Shown: positions 27,375 through 36,280, counted from the stretch's first letter. The stretch: 64,000 nucleotides of DNA from Phycisphaerae bacterium (GCA_963666835.2 CAXXGO010000005.1:160001-224000), one strand, 5' to 3'. Numbers and translations: made by a program. Notes: generated from the sequence alone by a model not told the origin.

Positions 27375-29042
27375 TTAAGGTCCACAGTAGTTTCTAAGTC
27401 TGTTGAGGCTCTCGCCAGCGAAGGGCAAGTCCTGCCCTGGGCCCTTCGGGTCCATCAGTCCGACCGGCGGACCTTCGCCCTCGTAGGTGTGCGGAAGCCC
27501 AAGTGTATGCCCGACCTCGTGAGCCACGGTGAAACGCTCCTGGCGTTCTGATTCCGCAGGGCCCAGCGATATTGCCTTGAAGACGACGGCTAGCCCGGTG
27601 GCGGAATCCGGTAGCAGCACGTGCGCCTTTGTGTTACCGTCAGGGTGACTACAAATGCCGAGTGTTGTCCCAGGATCTGCCAGCTCTGAATCTGGGTCGC
27701 CATCCTGGTTTGCCTCAGCTTGCCATGCGGACACGACCATCACAGTCCAGTACGCAGAAGTAGACTTGGGTAAGTCTCTGACTCCCGGAGCCGTTACGTC
27801 ATCCCAGAGGTCCTTGCCATAGAAATCAGTGACCCCAAAGCCCTGGTTTCGCCGAAACGGAAGACTACCCAAAGCGCTCAAACCGCTCTCATGCACGGGA
27901 TGGATGAAGGCAGATCGATAGCGAACCTCGAGAGCACTCAGATCCGGAGGTTCAAGTGCGCCTGGCCCACCGGTGTACAGGCCGTCACATCCCCATACTT
28001 GGGCCGCGAATGTCCCCTCCTCCGACAGATCGTCATCACTGAGCACAGCCTTGCCGCTTTGCACACCTTGCAGACAAGCCAGGCCGCTTATACCGCCACC
28101 GCAGTCAGGGATATTGATAGTTACTTCGTCTTTGAAGTCCAGGTCGTCGATGATCCCCTCATCGGTGGTGTAGTCGACGATGCGCCCGACGACCAGTGGG
28201 TTTCCGGCCGAGTCGCTGACTTCGGCATAACCATGCAGAAACTGTTGGTCATCCGTATCCGAATCGTCCGCCGGCGGATCATCCACTTCGAATCGCACTT
28301 GCGTGGACACCGGTCCCTGCTCTGGCTCGCTCCAGTCCATTTCGAACGTATTCTGTCCGAACGTTGGTCGCATCATGCTATCCGTCTCCACGTGCAGCTT
28401 CCGCCAGACCGTCAGCATCTTGCTCCAATATAGTGGGGTCCGGTAGCTGAACGCGTTGCCGCCTCTGTGGAACTTCGGCGGATCGCCGTGGAGCGATGTG
28501 CAGAGTTCGTCGGCGTGGGTCTGGGTCACCTGGGGTTCGCCGATTGCATCCTCCAGGCACGAGGCCCCGGCACGGTAGTTGTTGCCCGGCTGCATGGATA
28601 CCTCAATCGTGACCACGGCACGCCCATTATCATCCGTTTGCGCGGCGTATCTGCCCACGGCCGGGTCCGGCTCGCCCGACGGCATGCGATTGTCCGGCCC
28701 CGACTCGTCGTTGTCGATAAGCTCGACGCCCGCAACCGGCTGCACACCGTCGCCGGGCGCACCGTTCGGGCCGTAGACCTGATCGAACGGATCATCCACG
28801 TCCCAGACCCTGAAGTATACCCAGATGTCTCGCTGCGGCGGCTCGACGTACGCCGCGAGCTTCACCTTCCTCCGGATCACCCCCAACTGGTCGCCCGGAT
28901 GCGTCAACCCCGGGAAGATCCGCTTGCCGTGGTTGATCGGACATCCGTCCAACTCCGGATTACCGGCCGCGGCTACCTCCGACTCTAGCCGGGTGACCTC
29001 GAAGACGAGGATCGGGACGCTTGCCGACCGGCAAGACCGCAC
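27375..29042 (-). CDS. Headless (orphan) C-terminal metzincin cassette 1
   Basis: Same homologous start point as cassette 2; MLTVWRKLHVETDSM; HEVGHTLGLPH plus GLMD Met-turn; no signal peptide or RBS, and an in-frame TAA just upstream of the GTG. Confidence 0.8.
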   Translation of the reverse strand: MRSCRSASVPILVFEVTRLESEVAAAGNPELDGCPINHGKRIFPGLTHPGDQLGVIRRKVKLAAYVEPPQRDIWVYFRVWDVDDPFDQVYGPNGAPGDGVQPVAGVELIDNDESGPDNRMPSGEPDPAVGRYAAQTDDNGRAVVTIEVSMQPGNNYRAGASCLEDAIGEPQVTQTHADELCTSLHGDPPKFHRGGNAFSYRTPLYWSKMLTVWRKLHVETDSMMRPTFGQNTFEMDWSEPEQGPVSTQVRFEVDDPPADDSDTDDQQFLHGYAEVSDSAGNPLVVGRIVDYTTDEGIIDDLDFKDEVTINIPDCGGGISGLACLQGVQSGKAVLSDDDLSEEGTFAAQVWGCDGLYTGGPGALEPPDLSALEVRYRSAFIHPVHESGLSALGSLPFRRNQGFGVTDFYGKDLWDDVTAPGVRDLPKSTSAYWTVMVVSAWQAEANQDGDPDSELADPGTTLGICSHPDGNTKAHVLLPDSATGLAVVFKAISLGPAESERQERFTVAHEVGHTLGLPHTYEGEGPPVGLMDPKGPGQDLPFAGESLNRLRNYCGP

Positions 29043-29116
29043 TGCCGCAAGTTACCGCAAACCACCCGCGGCACCGAACGGAATCACCCGTCCAGTGCCG
29101 CGGGGTGGCACTAATG
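29032..29116 (-). repeat. Cassette-junction hairpin element, copy B
   Basis: 85-bp near-identical copy of 24996-25080. Confidence 0.9.
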
Positions 29117-29190
29117 CCTTAAGTGTGGTCGGCCTTCAGGTATATCTCTTATTCAGCCAAACCGCCCGCGCAGTCATGCTTCGTGCAACA

Positions 29191-30123
29191 CTATCGTTCT
29201 TCTGTCTGGCGGGTCTCCTTCAGTAGTTGCGCCGCTTTCTGAGCAGACTTACTATTCGGAAATTCCGATATGAGAGTCTGCGCCACCCGGCGCGAGTCCG
29301 CAATATCGTCGGCGAGCGCATAAGCGACAGCCAGATCAAGGAGGGCTTTCTCTCGAAGCGGATGCCAGCCATCGAAAACAGATGCCGCCTTCCTCAGCTC
29401 CGTGGCAACTGGTGCCCATACCCGTGGATCGGCTCCGCTGTTATGCGCCGCAAAGGTGGTCTTGTATTGCATCAATGCAAGGGATACGATTGCGTACTCA
29501 CCGTATGGGGTGTCGGGGAACTCGCGAGCGAGATGATCAAAACGTCGAAGTGTCTCCTCGCTTCCCTCATGTTCGAGAATCGCAGTCAGCGCAACCGGAA
29601 AGCTGCTGCGAAAAAACTCCGCAGCCTCTCGCCGGGTCTTCCCCGGGTTGCGAACCGTGATCGCGATGGGGTTGGACTCGAGACCGTATTCGCGGTCGCG
29701 TACGAGCAAGGTGTACGCGCCCGTGTGCTCCGAGTGTACAAAATCCCCTCCACGATCACGCTCTTGGGGGAATGCAAGGCCCGATGTCGTGAATTCGCTG
29801 GCTGGTCCGTCAGTCGGCACGAACTCCGCGCCGCACAGCAGGCCTTTGCACACCATCTTGTTGTTTGGATCTTGAAGCACGATATCAAAACGTCGACGTA
29901 GCCTGCGCAGTTGCCTGGCGGCCTCGCGGGGATCATCTGCACCCGGACGGAACGGTTCCTCCAGATGTACAGTGACCTCAACGGCAAGTGGTTCGTATAG
30001 CAGGAAGCTCTCTTTACAGACGTTTGCCGTCAGCGAATCACCGTTGGCATGCGGTGCTATGAGCGTCAAACAGAAAACCAACGTGAGTCCGAAATTCAGT
30101 GGTCCAATCGACCTTACGCACAT
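29191..30123 (-). CDS. Secreted partner-family protein, paralog 2
   Basis: Signal peptide ending HANG; HTGAYTLLV, FPDTPYGEY and FPNSKSA motifs; ATG at 30123 after GGAG. Confidence 0.72.
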   Translation of the reverse strand: MCVRSIGPLNFGLTLVFCLTLIAPHANGDSLTANVCKESFLLYEPLAVEVTVHLEEPFRPGADDPREAARQLRRLRRRFDIVLQDPNNKMVCKGLLCGAEFVPTDGPASEFTTSGLAFPQERDRGGDFVHSEHTGAYTLLVRDREYGLESNPIAITVRNPGKTRREAAEFFRSSFPVALTAILEHEGSEETLRRFDHLAREFPDTPYGEYAIVSLALMQYKTTFAAHNSGADPRVWAPVATELRKAASVFDGWHPLREKALLDLAVAYALADDIADSRRVAQTLISEFPNSKSAQKAAQLLKETRQTEER

Positions 30124-30163
30124 AATGTTAAACTCCAAAAGGATGCTAATCGACTTCTGTAAT

Positions 30164-30280
30164 CTACCAGGTGGCCTCGCGCCGGAATATCACAATTGAC
30201 TCGGCGGCGAAGTCGGCCAGATCCACGTCGCCGTCGAGATCTGTGTCGAAAGCCATCAGACAGGCATGCAGTCGCCGGCC
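30164..30280 (-). pseudogene. Chimeric remnant: dockerin-like EF-hand fragment joined to a peptidase-cassette C-terminal tail
   Basis: Manual translation ACLMAFDTDLDGDVDLADFAAESIVIFRREATW*; the tail resembles FLAESLKTLREYVEP*, FAGESLNRLRNYCGP* and FTSPTLKRFREVEKW*. Confidence 0.5.
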
Positions 30281-30335
30281 TCGCCGCGTGAATAATTGCC
30301 CGACCCTCTTCAGCGAAATCGCCGGTCTCGCATAC

Positions 30336-31457
30336 CTATGGACTGGTTGCTTCCCTTGCCTTTCGGGCTTCTATCTTTTCGCGGAAACGTTGCATTTGCC
30401 CCTCAAGCTTGTCCGCGATTCCCGGCCCACCAATGTCCGGACACTGTTGGCGCAAGGCGCCCAGGTATTCGCTAGTCTTCTCCCATTCCTGCGCAAGACC
30501 GTGTAGCCAGACCAAGTTCTCCAGCGCCGCCGTGCGCGGCCAGACATTGGCGTCTTTCGCCATCGTGAGATAATGCAGTGCTTTCACGTAGGCGGGATGC
30601 GCTCGGGCTCTTTCGGGATCGCGCTCGAGCCAACCCGCCAAACTTGCTTCGTGTTCCAGGGTCTTGACGTATACCAATCCAAGGTACCGCGCGATGTAGC
30701 CCGAGTACACTGAATCCGGGTAACGCTCCAGCGTTTTCGCCAATGAATCGACCAGCTCCATTTCTCGCTTGTCATCGGGGTCGATAAGGTACGGCTTGGT
30801 CTCGCTGGTGATCTGTGCCAGAAGCAGAATTCCCTCCTGGTCCAGCCCCTTCTCCGCCTCCGGTGCGTTCAGGTCCAAATGGTCCGCATCGTCTCCGATG
30901 TGGTAACGCAGTGCGATCAGTTCAAGCTGCGCGAGGCATTCCTCGTTAACACGTGACATCGGAAGCACGGTCACCCGGGTCTCATTGCTGTAGACGAGCG
31001 CCTTTCCTAGGCCCGAATAGAAGTTCCATCGAAGATGGTACTCACCGGGGTTCGGAAATACGTAGTCGTTTCCAAAATCCAGTAACACCAGGACATCGCC
31101 CGTAGTTGTTTTGCGCGGCCCCAATTTTTTCTCGGTGCGTTGGGGGCCGCTACGTTCCAAGGAAAGCGAGTGCTCGCTATACGGTCCATTATCGCAGGAC
31201 GTTTCAAGGGCCATTCGCACCGGCGCACCGCCAGGCCGCACGAGCAGCGTAAGCGGCTCGTCCCGCAGATTCCTCACTCTGACGTGGGCGATGATCGGTT
31301 CCCGCGCCTCAAAGGTCGAACGTTCCAGGTTGACATCAAACGCCACGACCTGTGAAAACGCAAGTGCTTGCTCGCCGTTCGCCATCTGACCTAATGCTGC
31401 CGCGACGGTCACCCCTTGCAACAACAAGCCTTTCGTCAAGTTGGTAGTCAAAGTCAT
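30336..31457 (-). CDS. Secreted partner-family protein, paralog 1 (cognate of the full-length gene)
   Basis: AAGGAG RBS; signal-like N-terminus; YVFPNPGEYHLRW and YPDSVYS motifs; helical TPR-like C-terminus. Confidence 0.75.
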   Translation of the reverse strand: MTLTTNLTKGLLLQGVTVAAALGQMANGEQALAFSQVVAFDVNLERSTFEAREPIIAHVRVRNLRDEPLTLLVRPGGAPVRMALETSCDNGPYSEHSLSLERSGPQRTEKKLGPRKTTTGDVLVLLDFGNDYVFPNPGEYHLRWNFYSGLGKALVYSNETRVTVLPMSRVNEECLAQLELIALRYHIGDDADHLDLNAPEAEKGLDQEGILLLAQITSETKPYLIDPDDKREMELVDSLAKTLERYPDSVYSGYIARYLGLVYVKTLEHEASLAGWLERDPERARAHPAYVKALHYLTMAKDANVWPRTAALENLVWLHGLAQEWEKTSEYLGALRQQCPDIGGPGIADKLEGQMQRFREKIEARKAREATSP

Positions 31458-31527
31458 CTTCTCACTCCTTCGTGCTCGGTCAAGTTACCTTGATGTCCTA
31501 ACCGCAGCATACCGCTGCTTCTCAGAT

Positions 31528-34500
31528 CTATGGCTCAACATACTCGCGGAGCGTCTTAAGGCTCTCCGCAAGAAACGCCGGCCCCTGTTCAGTCTCGTCC
31601 ATTAAGCCACCGTCGCCGGGAATTGCATGAGCGCCCAAATGTGGTGCGCCTAGCGTGTGGGCAATCTCGTGCGCTACAACCCGCGGCGCCTGAACATCAG
31701 CGTAACCGTCTCGCAACGTCTCGCTGAAGACCGCCGCCATCCCGGTGTATGAGTCGCCCCAAAGCAACGGGGGCGAAGTACTTCCCTCGCGATGCGTCGT
31801 TGCCCCCTTCGTACCCGTGCCTTCTCCGTCACAATCGGCACTCGCCTCCGCCTGGAACGCAGAGAAGATATAAACGGTCCAGAAGGTAGCCCTCGAAACC
31901 GGCAGCCCGCGGAGCACCAAGCGCCCGGGATCCCAGTTCGCTTTGGTTTCGGGCCTGAAGTTCTTGTAGAAAGGATACGCCCCTTCGGAGGTGTACTGCG
32001 GCTCTACCACGGGAAGAATATAGGCAGGCTCATACACCTCCTGGAGCTGAGATGTGTCAGGAAGCAATAGGAAACCGTTTGGAGGTGCGCCCACGCCAAT
32101 GATACTGCCGACGACGCCGGCGGTGAAGAGGGCCTCGTTGCCCAAGTCGTCGTCGCTAGCCACGAAGTTTCCTGAACTGGGGCGCGCTCCCCAAGTGGCC
32201 TCCTTGATATCCGTACGAATTGGGTCGGCCCCGGCCGAGGACTCGTGGTCGATGATCCTGCTGATCAGATCAGGGAATCCCGCAGCTTGGATGCGTATGT
32301 ACCCATTCTCGAGATCGTCGTAGAAGGGCTGATCCGATATGTCGACCCAGAGTTGGTTGCCTATGAAACGCGGCTCGTTCCATTGCCCGGTAACAGTGTT
32401 CTCGGCGAATGTGGGGCGGGCCATGCTGTCGGTCTCGGCGTGCAACTTCCGCCAGACCGTCAACATTTCGCTCCAGACCACCGGGGTTTTGTAGCCGGAC
32501 CAATCCCTGCCGAGGGTGTTGATTGCGTCCGCGTCCGCCTGATCCACCTGCTTCACGTGGACCGGACCGTCCGTGAGCACTCCGTCCAGGCAGGTCGCGG
32601 CCGCCCGGAAGTTGTCGCCCGGTTGTCGCGAAACCGTAAACGTCATTCGAGCCCGCCCGCTGGAGTCTGTCGTGGCAGAGCCGGTCTTATTACCCGATGC
32701 ACCTCGATTGTCGCAGCCAATGGCATCGTTGTCGATCACGTCAACGTCCGGCATGTTCGGATGAGACTCATTGAACGGATCGTCCACGTCCCAGATCCGG
32801 AAGTTGACGCCTACCCCGGAGATCGGCGGCTCGATGATGGCCTCCAACGCTACACTCCGCCGGGCGTTCGTGAACAGATCGTCCTTGTCCAACTTGCCCG
32901 GGAAGATGCGCTTGCCGCCGTTGTTCCGACACTTGTCCAGCGGCAGATTGTCGCCTGCCCCCTGAACCTCGGATTCCCTCGCCGTGTCCCATCTTAATGA
33001 CGACACCTTCACCACCGGGATCGGTTCAGATCGCCCGTAACAATGCACCGGAGGATCGTGTACCGGGTTACAGAGCCGGTAATCGCACACAAGCACGCCA
33101 CAGGCCGTAGAAGCCACAATACCCTCGGCGAAGGCCGTAGTCGGCACCGGCCAATCGGAACCGCCGGGCCATCGCGAGGACTTGTTTGCCTGCTTGTACA
33201 TGTTCACGCCCTCCGCGAGAATGTGGATATGAACACCGTCCGAAGGCGGATCGGGGCAGTGATCTCCTTCTTCCGTCGGACAGCCGGCCGTGTATACGTG
33301 AAGCTCCCGAAGATCGTCCTCGTTGTTGACGGGACCGAACTCTTCACAGTCCGGCACGCCGTTGCGATTGTCGTCGTCATTATTGACGTGCAGAAACGGG
33401 GGGAGGTCGCGGAAGAGCTCACAACCGTTCGGACCACAACCCGTCTCCGGATCTTCCGGCGGCCAGCGCTCCGTGTAGAAGCACTCCTCATACTCATCGC
33501 CACAGGACACGTCCGTGCACGGATCCGGTCTCTCGCAGCAGAAGGTCTCCCAGTCGTCATCCTCGTCGGGTTCACAACATACGCCGTTACAGCAGTCTTC
33601 GTTGCAGCATTCACTGTCCGTCGGACAGCACTCGCCCTCGCAGCATTCTCCGTTCTTGGGGCAGCAATAGTAATCGGGCTGTCCGCCTTGGTCTCGCTCG
33701 CAGCATTGCTCCCCCGGAAAACAGTACGAATCGCCGCAGCAAACGACCCAGTAAGGACGGCAAATCGTCCCGCCATCCGGCAGGTCACAGCACTGTCCGT
33801 CGCAGCACTCGTCGTCGCAGCAGTCCCAGCCGGGCTCGCAACACTCCCCATCACAGCAACGTTCGTTAGGCTCGCAGCATTCATCAACACAGCATTCCTG
33901 GTGAAGTCCGCAGCACCCGCCCGGACAGCACCGCTCCCGCTCACAACACGACTGGCGAGCGCAGCAGATAGTCCCGAGGCGACAACTACCCTCGATACAG
34001 CCCGGAGTGTAGCAGTCTGTAAGATCGTCGAAACCGGGCGGAAGATTCGGCGTCCCACCACCGATGCCAACGGGAAGGCAGTCAATATACGGAGCATCGT
34101 TCGGGATCAGTATGACTTCCCGGGTCGGATCGGGCTGACCGGATGAGTCGAACGCCAGCAGGTACTCAATCATCTCCACGCTGGCTCGTTCCCACGTGGT
34201 GGCGTCTTCGTCTTGCGACCAGGCCGCGTCTATCGCGTTGGAGACCACCGCGACCTCGGCGGCCAGGCTCTGCGCGTCGATTCCGAGATCGCGCTCGAGG
34301 TTTACGACCGCATGGCCGACGTCCAACAGATCGAAAATCGGGCGTTCGAACACGAAGAGCCGATGGCTCTCGAAATCGTGCCAGAGCGCGACGTACGTGC
34401 CGCTCGTCCCGTCGACCGCCTCGGGGCCGGATGCTGCGTCAACGTCATCTTGGTCGGCCGGTCGTTGCTCGGGTTCGAAAGCGACTGACTCGTCGGCCCA

Positions 34501-35166
34501 TCTTTCGGATTCCGCAACGCTCGGCTCGGCAGGCCATTCCTCATCCTCCCAAGCAGTCGGATCACTGGCCCACTCCTCGGAATCCGTAGCGGTCGGTTCG
34601 TCGGCCCATTCCTCCGATTCTAACGCAGTCGCGTCATCGGGGTCTTGCCATTGACCCGCGTACTCCGGCGGCGCGCCCGGGTAGTCGAGCGGATCCGCAG
34701 ATCCGTGCGGGCCCGGGTCGTCAAGCTCCTGCCACTGATCCGCATACTCCGCCGGTGGGCCGGGATTCTCCGCGGTGCCGCCGCCGTCGTGGATCAAGAG
34801 GATTCCGACGTCGGTAACCACCCGAATCCGCAGCACACCCCGCACGGGCTCGTCCGGGTCGGGGCCGTCCCGCGGATCGACCACCGCAACGTACGGCTCT
34901 TCCCCGGTAAGCTCGGGGCCTTCCGACGTGCGGGCCTCGACCTGCGGGAAGAACGCCAGCGCGATCAGCATCCCCAACCCCACGGCCAGGGCTATCCCGC
35001 CTGCAATAGGTCGGAGTACCCCCCACGGTCGCCCAGTCAAACGCGGAGGCCGCGCAGACTGCCCATGCTCGAAAGAGCCCGCAAGCCCCGGTCGCCCCCG
35101 CGAGCACGGAGGCCGCGGCACGCGCCTCAGGCGGCTTCGATCTCGTCCGTGATACGTCCTTTTCAT
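31528..35166 (-). CDS. Full-length membrane-anchored/secreted multidomain protein: TM, acidic Trp repeats, Cys-rich repeats, conserved linker domain, C-terminal metzincin
   Basis: GIALAVGLGMLIALAFF helix; SEEWADEPTA-like repeats; CC-x-CC run; NNDDDNRNGVPD; HEIAHTLGAPH...GGLMD; start placed at MKRTYH. Confidence 0.82.
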   Translation of the reverse strand: MKRTYHGRDRSRLRRVPRPPCSRGRPGLAGSFEHGQSARPPRLTGRPWGVLRPIAGGIALAVGLGMLIALAFFPQVEARTSEGPELTGEEPYVAVVDPRDGPDPDEPVRGVLRIRVVTDVGILLIHDGGGTAENPGPPAEYADQWQELDDPGPHGSADPLDYPGAPPEYAGQWQDPDDATALESEEWADEPTATDSEEWASDPTAWEDEEWPAEPSVAESERWADESVAFEPEQRPADQDDVDAASGPEAVDGTSGTYVALWHDFESHRLFVFERPIFDLLDVGHAVVNLERDLGIDAQSLAAEVAVVSNAIDAAWSQDEDATTWERASVEMIEYLLAFDSSGQPDPTREVILIPNDAPYIDCLPVGIGGGTPNLPPGFDDLTDCYTPGCIEGSCRLGTICCARQSCCERERCCPGGCCGLHQECCVDECCEPNERCCDGECCEPGWDCCDDECCDGQCCDLPDGGTICRPYWVVCCGDSYCFPGEQCCERDQGGQPDYYCCPKNGECCEGECCPTDSECCNEDCCNGVCCEPDEDDDWETFCCERPDPCTDVSCGDEYEECFYTERWPPEDPETGCGPNGCELFRDLPPFLHVNNDDDNRNGVPDCEEFGPVNNEDDLRELHVYTAGCPTEEGDHCPDPPSDGVHIHILAEGVNMYKQANKSSRWPGGSDWPVPTTAFAEGIVASTACGVLVCDYRLCNPVHDPPVHCYGRSEPIPVVKVSSLRWDTARESEVQGAGDNLPLDKCRNNGGKRIFPGKLDKDDLFTNARRSVALEAIIEPPISGVGVNFRIWDVDDPFNESHPNMPDVDVIDNDAIGCDNRGASGNKTGSATTDSSGRARMTFTVSRQPGDNFRAAATCLDGVLTDGPVHVKQVDQADADAINTLGRDWSGYKTPVVWSEMLTVWRKLHAETDSMARPTFAENTVTGQWNEPRFIGNQLWVDISDQPFYDDLENGYIRIQAAGFPDLISRIIDHESSAGADPIRTDIKEATWGARPSSGNFVASDDDLGNEALFTAGVVGSIIGVGAPPNGFLLLPDTSQLQEVYEPAYILPVVEPQYTSEGAYPFYKNFRPETKANWDPGRLVLRGLPVSRATFWTVYIFSAFQAEASADCDGEGTGTKGATTHREGSTSPPLLWGDSYTGMAAVFSETLRDGYADVQAPRVVAHEIAHTLGAPHLGAHAIPGDGGLMDETEQGPAFLAESLKTLREYVEP

Positions 35167-35313
35167 GATTCTGAGTCTCCGAAAGTGAGTCCGGCCCGCG
35201 ATCGAGTGAGCGCGAACCTCAAGCCCAAAGACCGCCGAATCCCGGGGAGGCAGTCGACGTGAATACTGCGAACCGACCCATGGGACGCTCGCTTCAAACG
35301 TCCTCATATTCTG

Positions 35314-35342
35314 ATCCTATCACACTGGAATTGTTGAATCAA
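35314..35342 (-). promoter_or_regulatory. Candidate sigma70 promoter of the cassette locus
   Basis: Minus strand TTGATT - 17 bp - TAGGAT in an AT-richer patch about 150 bp upstream of the ATG. Confidence 0.4.
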
Positions 35343-35606
35343 GCAAAACCAACATCTTCCCGGAGGATTTCTCACCCGGTCGGCGGCCAGCCTGCTCTCC
35401 CGGGAAAACCCTCGTTGTGGACTGGTGCGGGGGTGTCTAGGATCGAATTGTGCGTGGCGAGTTCACTGGGTGGGCGTAACAAGTCGAAGGGGAATATAGG
35501 GACTGGGGTCGCGGGGCGGCTCTAAGGTCCGGTTGTTGTCCCGACCGCCGTCGGGGGCGACGCAATTCACCCGCGGTGGCGGCTCATTCCATGCAGGAGG
35601 AAGTCG

Positions 35607-36062
35607 ATGACTACGGCTCAAATTGTTCTCGATGAGAAGGGCAGCGAGGTTACTTCAATCGACCGAAATGCGATGGTCGGAGAGGCCGCGGAGGCGATGG
35701 CGGAACAGGGGATCGGGGCGCTGGTGGTCACGGACGGCGACCAGGCCGTGGGGATCTTTACCGAACGCGACGTAGTCAATCGCGTGGTGGCGGCTCGGCG
35801 CGATCCCGCTACGACGAGAGTAGGGGATGTCATGACCGCGCAGGTTGCATGCTGTCGCAGGGATACGTTGTTGACCGAGTGCGAGGCGGTAATGGCCGAC
35901 CGGTGTATTCGGCACCTGCCCGTGGTGGAGGACGGCCGTCTCTTCGGGTTGATTTCGTCGCGGGATATTATGGCCAACGAGGTGGCTGAAGCGCAGGGGA
36001 CGATTGACTATCTCGAGAGCACGATCGACGACATGAACGCGTATATGTACACGAAGACGTGA
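35607..36062 (+). CDS. CBS domain pair protein
   Basis: IGALVV..VGIFTERDV; IRHLPVV..GLISSRDI; AGGAGG RBS. Confidence 0.9.
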   Translation: MTTAQIVLDEKGSEVTSIDRNAMVGEAAEAMAEQGIGALVVTDGDQAVGIFTERDVVNRVVAARRDPATTRVGDVMTAQVACCRRDTLLTECEAVMADRCIRHLPVVEDGRLFGLISSRDIMANEVAEAQGTIDYLESTIDDMNAYMYTKT

Positions 36063-36280
36063 CGGTCGCGCGGCCGGTAGGGCGGCGGCGTGTGACGGGT
36101 TGGGTATGTTGAATTCGGATCTCGGCTTCTGACTGAATGCGCGCGATCCGGATGTATCGAAATCGGCGGGACCGGAGTGTGTTTCCGAAGAGGCGGCAGG
36201 TGTGGAGCGAGGCACGCGGCCGTAATCCTCTTGGACGGAGATGCGTTCCGGTCCCGCTCTGCATTGTAGCCGGAGAGCGT

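Noticed and set aside
23456..33000. Diversity-generating retroelement (TR/VR pair)
   Set aside because: Differences between the repeats are not adenine-specific and include indels; no reverse transcriptase is present.
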